The position numbers and the translations under genes were made by a program. Source: Eledone cirrhosa (lineage: Eukaryota). From it: a stretch of 64,000 nucleotides of DNA. Positions 54,757-64,000 of this stretch are shown here, in pieces. The notes beneath the pieces are model-generated. The model did no database searches. It was given only the letters and a program-made list of their open reading frames with translations, and was not told where the DNA came from. Position 1 is the stretch's first letter, and each line of letters begins with the position of its first letter. The stretch covers positions 28,396,001-28,460,000 of the forward strand of contig OZ024753.1 in the NCBI GenBank assembly GCA_964016885.1, given 5' to 3'.

Positions 54757-56675
54757 GGCCTTGGTAGTTACAAAAGGGAGCTCTATATAATTATTACTGC
54801 CAGACAGTCACTCATGTATGGGCCTTGGTAGTTACAAAAGACAGCTCTATATAATTATTACTGCCAGACAGTCACTCATGTAAGGGCATTGGTAGTTACA
54901 AAAGACAGCTCTATATAATTGTTACTGCCAGACAGTCACTAATGTATAGGCCTTAGTAGTTACAAAAGAGAGTTCTATATAATTGTTACTGCCAGACAGT
55001 CACTCATGTATGGGCCTTGGTAGTTACAAAAGACAGCTCTATATAATTATTACTGCCAGACAGTCACTCATGAAAGGGCATTGGTAGTTATAAAAGACAG
55101 CTCTATATAATTGTTACTGCCAGACAGTCACTAATGTATAGGCCTTAGTAGTTACAAAAGAGAGTTCCATATAATTATTACTGCCAGACAGTCACTCATG
55201 TAGGGGCCTTGGTAGTTACAAAAGAGAGCTCTATATAATTGTTACTGCCAGACAGTCACTCATGTATGGGCCTTGGTAGTTACAAAAGAGAGCTCTATAT
55301 AATTATTACTGCCAGACAGTCACTCATGTATGGGCCTTGGTAGTTACAAAAGAGAGCTCTATATAATTGTTACTGCCAGATAGTCACTCATGTATGGGCC
55401 TTGGTAGTTACAAAAGAGAGCTCTATATAATTATTACTGCCAGACAATCACTCATGTATGGGCCTTGGTAGTTACAAAAGACAGCTCTATATAATTATTA
55501 CTGCCAGACAGTCACTCATGTATAGGCATTGGTAGTTACAAAAGAGAGCTCTATATAATTATTACTGCCAGACAGTCACTCATGTATGGGCCTTGGTAGT
55601 TACAAAAGAGAGCTCTATATAATTATTACTGCCAGACAGTCACTCATGTATAGGCATTGGTAGTTACAAAAGAGAGCTCTATATAATTATTACTGCCAGA
55701 CAGTCACTCATGTATAGGCCTTGGTAGTTACAAAAGGGAGCTCTATATAATTATTACTGCCAGACAGTCACTCATGTATGGGCCTTGGTAGTTACAAAAG
55801 ACAGCTCTATATAATTATTACTGCCAGACAGTCACTCATGTAAGGGCATTGGTAGTTACAAAAGACAGCTCTATATAATTGTTACTGCCAGACAGTCACT
55901 AATGTATAGGCCTTAGTAGTTACAAAAGAGAGTTCTATATAATTGTTACTGCCAGACAGTCACTCATGTATGGGCCTTGGTAGTTACAAAAGACAGCTCT
56001 ATATAATTATTACTGCCAGACAGTCACTCATGAAAGGGCATTGGTAGTTATAAAAGACAGCTCTATATAATTGTTACTGCCAGACAGTCACTAATGTATA
56101 GGCCTTAGTAGTTACAAAAGAGAGTTCCATATAATTATTACTGCCAGACAGTCACTCATGTAGGGGCCTTGGTAGTTACAAAAGAGAGCTCTATATAATT
56201 GTTACTGCCAGACAGTCACTCATGTATGGGCCTTGGTAGTTACAAAAGAGAGCTCTATATAATTATTACTGCCAGACAGTCACTCATGTATGGGCCTTGG
56301 TAGTTACAAAAGAGAGCTCTATATAATTGTTACTGCCAGATAGTCACTCATGTATGGGCCTTGGTAGTTACAAAAGAGAGCTCTATATAATTATTACTGC
56401 CAGACAATCACTCATGTATGGGCCTTGGTAGTTACAAAAGACAGCTCTATATAATTATTACTGCCAGACAGTCACTCATGTATAGGCATTGGTAGTTACA
56501 AAAGAGAGCTCTATATAATTATTACTGCCAGACAGTCACTCATGTATGGGCCTTGGTAGTTACAAAAGAGAGCTCTATATAATTATTACTGCCAGACAGT
56601 CACTCATGTATAGGCATTGGTAGTTACAAAAGAGAGCTCTATATAATTATTACTGCCAGACAGTCACTCATGTAT
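54757..56675 (+). repeat. Apparently perfect tandem duplication, period 960 bp (15 monomers): 54757-55715 identical to 55717-56675
   Basis: Rows 54781-55680 match rows 55741-56640 line for line, including the rare variants TGAAAGGGCA 55071/56031, GTTCCAT 55164/56124, TAGGGGCC 55201/56161 and CAGACAATCA 55441/56401. Confidence 0.93.
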
Positions 56676-59600
56676 GAGCCTTGGTAGTTACAAAAGAGAG
56701 CTCTATAAAATTATTACTGCCAGACAGTCACTCATGTATGGGCCTTGGTAGTTAAAAAAGAGAGCTCTATATAATTATTACTGCCAGACAGTCACTCGTG
56801 TATGGGCCTTGGTAGTTACAAAAGAGAGCTCTATATAATTATTACTGCCAGACAGTCACTCATGTATAGGCCTTGGTAGTTACAAAAGGGAGCTCTATAT
56901 AATTATTACTGCCAGACAGTCACTCATGTATAGGCCTTGGTAGTTACAAAAGAGAGCTCTATATAATTATTACTGCCAGACAGTCACTCATGTATGGGCC
57001 TTGGTAGTTACAAAAGAGAGCTCTATATAATTATTACTGCCAGACAGTCACTCATGTATAGGCCTTGGTAGTTACAAAAGGGAGCTCTATATAATTATTA
57101 CTGCCAGACAGTCACTCATGTATAGGCCTTGGTAGTTACAAAAGAGAGCTCTATATAATTATTACTGCCACACAGTCACTCATGTATGGGCCTTGGTAGT
57201 TACAAAAGAGAGCTCTATATAATTATTACTGCCAGACAGTCACTCATGTATGGGCCTTGGTAGTTACAAAAGAGAGCTCTATATAATTATTACTGCCAGA
57301 CAGTCACTCATGTATGGGCCTTGGTAGTTACAAAAGACAGCTCTATATAATTATTACTGCCAGACAGTCACTCATGTATGGGCCTTGGTAGTTACAAAAG
57401 GGAGCTCTATATAATTATTACTGCCAGACAGTCACTCATGTATGGGCCTTGAAAGTTACAAAGACAGCTCTATATAATTATTACTGCCAGACAGCCACTC
57501 ATGTATGGGCCTCGGTAGTTACAAAAGAGAGCTCTATATAATTATTACTGCCAGACAGTCACTCATGTATGGGCCTTGGTAGTTACAAAAGACAACTCTA
57601 TATAATTATTACTGCCAGACAGTCACTCATATATGGGCCTTGGTAGTTACAAAAGAGAGCTCTATATAATTATTACTGCCAGACAGTCACTCATGTATGG
57701 GCCTTGGTAGTTACAAAAGACAGCTCTATATAATTATTACAGCCAGACAGTCACACATGTATGGGCCTTGGCAGTTACAAAAGACAGCTCTATATAATTA
57801 TTACTGCCAGACAGTCACTCATGTATGGGCCTTGGTAGTTACAAAAGAGAGCTCTATATAATTATTACTGCCAGACATTCACTCATGTATGGGCCTTGTT
57901 AGTTACAAAAGAGAGCTCTATATAATTGTTACTGCCAGACGGTCACTCATGTATGGGCCTTGGTATTTACAAAAGAGAGCTCTATATAATTATTACTGCC
58001 AGATAGTCACTCATGTATGGGCCTTGGTAGTTACAAAAGACAGCTCTATATAATTGTTACTGCCAGACAGTCACTCATGTATGGGCCTTGGTAGTTACAA
58101 AAGAGAGCTGTATATAATTATTACTGCCAGACAGTCACTCATGTATGGGCCTTGGTAGTTACAAAAGAGAGCTCTATATAATTATTACTGCCAGACAGTC
58201 ACTCATGTATGAGCCTTGGTAGTTACAAAAGAGAGCTCTATAAAATTATTACTGCCAGACAGTCACTCATGTATGGGCCTTGGTAGTTACAAAAGACAGC
58301 TCTATATAATTATCACTGCCAGACAGTCACTCATGTATAGGCATTGGTAGTTACAAAAGAGAGCTCTATATAATTATTACTGCCCGACAGGCACTCATGT
58401 ATGGGCCTTGGTAGTTACAAAAGAGAGCTCTATATAATTATTACTGCCAGACAGTCACTCATGTATGGGCATTGGTAGTTACAAAAGAGAGCTCTATATA
58501 ATTATTACTGCCAGACAGTCACTCATGTATGAGCCTTGGTAGTTACAAAAGAGAGCTCTATAAAATTATTACTGCCAGACAGTCACTCATGTATGGGCCT
58601 TGGTAGTTAAAAAAGAGAGCTCTATATAATTATTACTGCAAGACAGTCACTCATGTATGGGCCTTGGTAGTTACAAAAGACAGCTCTATATAATTATTAC
58701 TGCCAGACAGTCACTCATGTATAGGCATTGGTACTTACAAAAGAGAGCTCTATATAATTATTACTGCCAGACAGTCACTCATGTATGGGCCTTGGTAGTT
58801 ACAAAAGAGAGCTCTATATAATTATTACTGCCAGACAGTCACTCATGTATGGGCCTTGGTAGTTACAAAAGACAGCTGTATATAATTATTACTGCCAGAC
58901 AGTCACTCATGTATGGGCCTTGGTAGTTACAAAAGAGAGCTCTATATAATTATTACTGCCAGACAGTCACTCATGTATGGGCCTTGGTAGTTACAAAAGA
59001 GAGCTCTATATAATTATTACTGCTAGACAGTCACTCATGTATGGGCCTTGGTAGTTACAAAAGACAGCTCTATATAATTATTACAGCCAGACAGTCACAC
59101 ATGTATGGGCCTTGGCAGTTACAAAAGACAGCTCTATATAATTATTACTGCCAGACAGTCACTCATGTATGGGCCTTGGTAGTTACAAAAGAGAGCTCTA
59201 TATAATTATTACTGCCAGACATTCACTCATGTATGGGCCTTGTTAGTTACAAAAGAGAGCTCTATATAATTGTTACTGCCAGACGGTCACTCATGTATGG
59301 GCCTTGGTATTTACAAAAGAGAGCTCTATATAATTATTACTGCCAGACAGTCACTCATGTATGGGCCTTGGTAGTTACAAAAGACAGCTCTATATAATTG
59401 TTACTGCCAGACAGTCACTAATGTATAGGCCTTAGTAGTTACAAAAGAGAGTTCTATATAATTATTACTGCCAGACAGTCACTCATGTATAGGCCTTGGT
59501 AGTTACAAAAGAGAGCTCTATATAATTGTTACTTCCAGACAGTCACTTATGTATGGGCCTTGGTAGTTACAAAAGAGAGCTCTATATAATTATTACTGCC

Positions 59601-62600
59601 AGACAGTCACTCATGTATGGGCCTTGGTAGTTACAAAAGAGAGCTCTATATAATTGTTACTGCCAGATAGTCACTCATGTATGGGCCTTGGTATTTACAG
59701 AAGAGAGCTGTATATAATTATTACTGCCAGACAGTCACTCATGTATGGGCCTTGGTAGTTACAAAAGAGAGCTCTATATAATTATTACTGCCAGACAGTC
59801 ACTCATGTATGAGCCTTGGTAGTTACAAAAGAGAGCTCTATAAAATTATTACTGCCAGACAGTCACTCATGTATGGGCCTTGGTAGTTAAAAAAGAGAGC
59901 TCTATATAATTATTACTGCAAGACAGTCACTCATGTATGGGCCTTGGTAGTTACAAAAGACAGCTCTATATAATTATTACTGCCAGACAGTCACTCATGT
60001 ATAGGCATTGGTAGTTACAAAAGAGAGCTCTATATAATTATTACTGCCAGACAGTCACTCATGTATGGGCCTTGGTAGTTACAAAAGAGAGCTCTATATA
60101 ATTATTACTGCCAGACAGTCACTCATGTATAGGCATTGGTAGTTACAAAAGCGAGTTATATATAATTATTACTGCCAGACAGTCACTCATGTATGGGCCT
60201 TGGTAGTTACAAAAGACAGCTCTATATAATTATTACTGCCAGACAGTCACTCATGTATAGGCATTGGCAGTTACAAAAGAGAGCTCTATATAATTATTAC
60301 TGCCAGACAGTCACTCATGTATGGGCCTTGGTAGTTACAAAAGAGAGCTCTATATAATTATTACTGCCAGACAGTCACTCATGTATGGGCCTTGGTAGTT
60401 ACAAAAGACAGCTCTATATAATTATTACTGCCAGACAGTCACTCATGTATGGGCCTTGGTAGTTACAAAAGAGAGCTCTATATAATTATTACTGCCAGAC
60501 AGTCACTCATGTATGGGCCTTGGTAGTTACAAAAGAGAGCTCTATATAATTATTACTGCCAGACAGTCACTCATGTATGGGCCTTGGTAGTTACAAAAGA
60601 CAGCTCTATATAATTATTACTGCCAGACAGTCACTCATGTATGGGCCTTGGTAGTTACAAAAGGGAGCTCTATATAATTATTACTGCCAGACAGTCACTC
60701 ATGTATGGGCCTTGAAAGTTACAAAGACAGCTCTATATAATTATTACTGCCAGACAGCCACTCATGTATGGGCCTTGGTAGTTACAAAAGAGAGCTCTAT
60801 ATAATTATTACTGCCAGACAGTCACTCATGTATGGGCCTTGGTAGTTACAAAAGACAGCTCTATATAATTGTTACTGCCAGACAGTCACTAATGTATAGG
60901 CCTTAGTAGTTACAAAAGAGAGTTCTATATAATTATTACTGCCAGACAGTCACTCATGTATGGGCCTTGGTAGTTACAAAAGAGAGCTCTATATAATTGT
61001 TACTGCCAGACAGTCACTCATGTATGGGCCTTGGTAGTTACAAAAGAGAGCTCTATATAATTATTACTGCCAGACAGTCACTCATGTATGGGCCTTGGTA
61101 GTTACAAAAGAGAGCTCTATATAATTGTTACTGCCAGATAGTCACTCATGTATGGGCCTTGGTAGTTACAAAAGAGAGCTGTATATAATTATTACTGCCA
61201 GACAGTCACTCATGTATGGGCCTTGGTAGTTACAAAAGAGAGCTCTATATAATTATTACTGCCAGACAGTCACTCATGTATGAGCCTTGGTAGTTACAAA
61301 AGAGAGCTCTATAAAATTATTACTGCCAGACAGTCACTCATGTATGGGCCTTGGTAGTTAAAAAAGAGAGCTCTATATAATTATTACTGCAAGACAGTCA
61401 CTCATGTATGGGCCTTGGTAGTTACAAAAGACAGCTCTATATAATTATTACTGCCAGACAGTCACTCATGTATAGGCATTGGTAGTTACAAAAGAGAGCT
61501 CTATATAATTATTACTGCCAGACAGTCACTCATGTATGGGCCTTGGTAGTTACAAAAGAGAGCTCTATATAATTATTACTGCCAGACAGTCACTCATGTA
61601 TAGGCATTGGTAGTTACAAAAGCGAGTTATATATAATTATTACTGCCAGACAGTCACTCATGTATGGGCCTTGGTAGTTACAAAAGACAGCTCTATATAA
61701 TTATTACTGCCAGACAGTCACTCATGTATGGGCCTTGGTAGTTACAAAAGACAGCTCTATATAATTATTACTGCCAGACAGTCACTCATGTATAGGCATT
61801 GGTAGTTACAAAAGAGAGCTCTATATAATTATTACTGCCAGACAGTCACTCATGTATGGGCCTTGGTAGTTACAAAAGAGAGCTCTATATAATTATTACT
61901 GCCAGACAGTCACTCATGTATGGGCATTGGTAGTTACAAAAGAGAGCTCTATATAATTATTACTGCCAGACAGTCACTCATGTATGAGCCTTGGTAGTTA
62001 CAAAAGAGAGCTCTATAAAATTATTACTGCCAGACAGTCACTCATGTATGGGCCTTGGTAGTTAAAAAAGAGAGCTCTATATAATTATTACTGCAAGACA
62101 GTCACTCATGTATGGGCCTTGGTAGTTACAAAAGACAGCTCTATATAATTATTACTGCCAGACAGTCACTCATGTATAGGCATTGGTAGTTACAAAAGAG
62201 AGCTCTATATAATTATTACTGCCAGACAGTCACTCATGTATGGGCCTTGGTAGTTACAAAAGAGAGCTCTATATAATTATTACTGCCAGACAGTCACTCA
62301 TGTATGGGCCTTGGTAGTTACAAAAGAGAGCTCTATATAATTATTACTGCCAGACAGTCACTCATGTATGGGCCTTGGTAGTTACAAAAGACAGCTCTAT
62401 ATAATTATTACTGCCAGACAGTCACTCATGTATGGGCCTTGGTAGTAACAAAAGGGAGCTCTATATAATAATTACTGCCAGACAGTCACTCATGTATGGG
62501 CCTTGAAAGTTACAAAGACAGCTCTATATAATTATTACTGCCAGACAGCCACTCATGTATGGGCCTTGGTAGTTACAAAAGAGAGCTCTATATAATTATT

Positions 62601-64000
62601 ACTGCCAGACAGTCACTCATGTATGGGCCTTGGTAGTTACAAAAGACAGCTCTATATAATTATTACTGCCAGACAGTCACTCATGTATGGGCCTTGGTAG
62701 TTACAAAAGGGAGCTCTATATAATTATTACTGCCAGACAGTCACTCATGTATGGGCCTTGAAAGTTACAAAGACAGCTCTATATAATTATTACTGCCAGA
62801 CAGCCACTCATGTATGGGCCTCGGTAGTTACAAAAGAGAGCTCTATATAATTATTACTGCCAGACAGTCACTCATGTATGGGCCTTGGTAGTTACAAAAG
62901 ACAACTCTATATAATTATTACTGCCAGACAGTCACTCATGTATGGGCCTTGGTAGTTACAAAAGAGAGCTCTATATAATTATTACTGCCAGACAGTCACT
63001 CATGTATGGGCCTTGGTAGTTAAAAAAGAGAGCTCTATATAATTATTACTGCCAGACAGTCACTCATGTATGGGCCTTGTTAGTTACAAAAGAGAGCTCT
63101 ATATAATTATTACTGCCAGACAGTCACTCATGTATAGGCCTTGGTAGTTACAAAAGGGAGCTCTATATAATTATTACTGCCAGACAGTCACTCATGTATA
63201 GGCCTTGGTAGTTACAAAAGAGAGCTGTATATAATTATTACTGCCACACAGTCACTCATGTATGGGCCTTGGTAGTTACAAAAGGCAGCTCTATATAATT
63301 ATTACTGCCAGACAGTCACTCATGTATGAGCCTTGGTAGTTACAAAAGAGAGCTCTATATAATTATTACTGCCAGACAGTCACTCATGTATGGGCCTTGG
63401 TAGTTACAAAAGAGAGCTCTATATAATTATTACTGCCAGACAGTCACTCATGTATGGGCCTTGTTAGTTACAAAAGACAGCTCTATATAATTATTACTGC
63501 CAGACAGTCACTCATGTATGGGCCTTGGTAGTTACAAAAGAGAGCTCTATATAATTGTTACTGCCAGACAGTCACTCATGTATGGGCCTTGGTAGTTACA
63601 AAAGAGAGCTCTATATAATTATTACTGCCAGACAGTCACTCATGTATGGGCCTTGGTAGTTACAAAAGAGAGCTCTATATAATTGTTACTGCCAGATAGT
63701 CACTCATGTATGGGCCTTGGTAGTTACAAAAGACAGCTCTATATAATTATTACTGCCAGACAGTCACTCATGTATGGGCCTTGGTAGTTACAAAAGGGAG
63801 CTCTATATAATTATTACTGCCAGACAGTCACTCATGTATGGGCCTTGAAAGTTACAAAGACAGCTCTATATAATTATTACTGCCAGACAGCCACTCATGT
63901 ATGGGCCTTGGTAGTTACAAAAGAGAGCTCTATATAATTATTACTGCCAGACAGTCACTCATGTATGGGCCTTGGTAGTTACAAAAGACAGCTCTATATA

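Larger units (their letters stand above)
1..64000 (+). repeat. 64-bp tandem satellite DNA array (~1000.7 monomers, most within 0-3 substitutions of consensus), open at both window ends
   Basis: CACTCATG recurs at 1, 65, 129 and so on; the last monomer starts at 63956. The indels I counted (+1, -2, -1, 11 x -3, 10 x -1 = -45) give exactly 1000 x 64 before that last start, so there is no room for hidden insertions. Confidence 0.99.

Noticed and set aside
1-64000. CRISPR array (64-bp period and a partly palindromic unit)
   Set aside because: There are no unique spacers: all 64 positions are conserved between units. No leader or cas genes are present.
1-64000. Variants as sequencing noise, or a collapsed or synthetic repeat
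   Set aside because: Most variants recur in fixed linked order at consistent offsets, which random error would not produce. Singletons and individual duplications still need read support.
1-64000. Embedded transposon, inversion or unique island
   Set aside because: None was seen on reading through, and the monomer phase is fully explained by the 24 small indels.

Overview
The whole 64-kb window is one uninterrupted, head-to-tail tandem array of a 64-bp monomer (consensus CACTCATGTATGGGCCTTGGTAGTTACAAAAGA[G/C]AGCTCTATATAATTATTACTGCCAGACAGT; 25/64 = 39% GC; no CpG). It holds 1000 complete monomers plus 45 nt, all in one orientation, and the array runs off both ends. I found no genes, RNA genes, transposons, CRISPR spacers or unique sequence. 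This is most likely eukaryotic satellite DNA (centromeric, pericentromeric or subtelomeric type), but I cannot name the family or host. The information is in the substitution pattern: (i) an imperfect inverted repeat inside each monomer whose mismatches are repaired by several recurrent variants; (ii) no fixed higher-order repeat, but a mosaic of nested block duplications of 15, 37, 44, 62, 63, 67 and 80 monomers; (iii) variant domains arranged roughly symmetrically, with ancestral states outside and derived states inside; (iv) tight length conservation, with only 5 indel types. All counts and offsets were made by eye and should be confirmed computationally.
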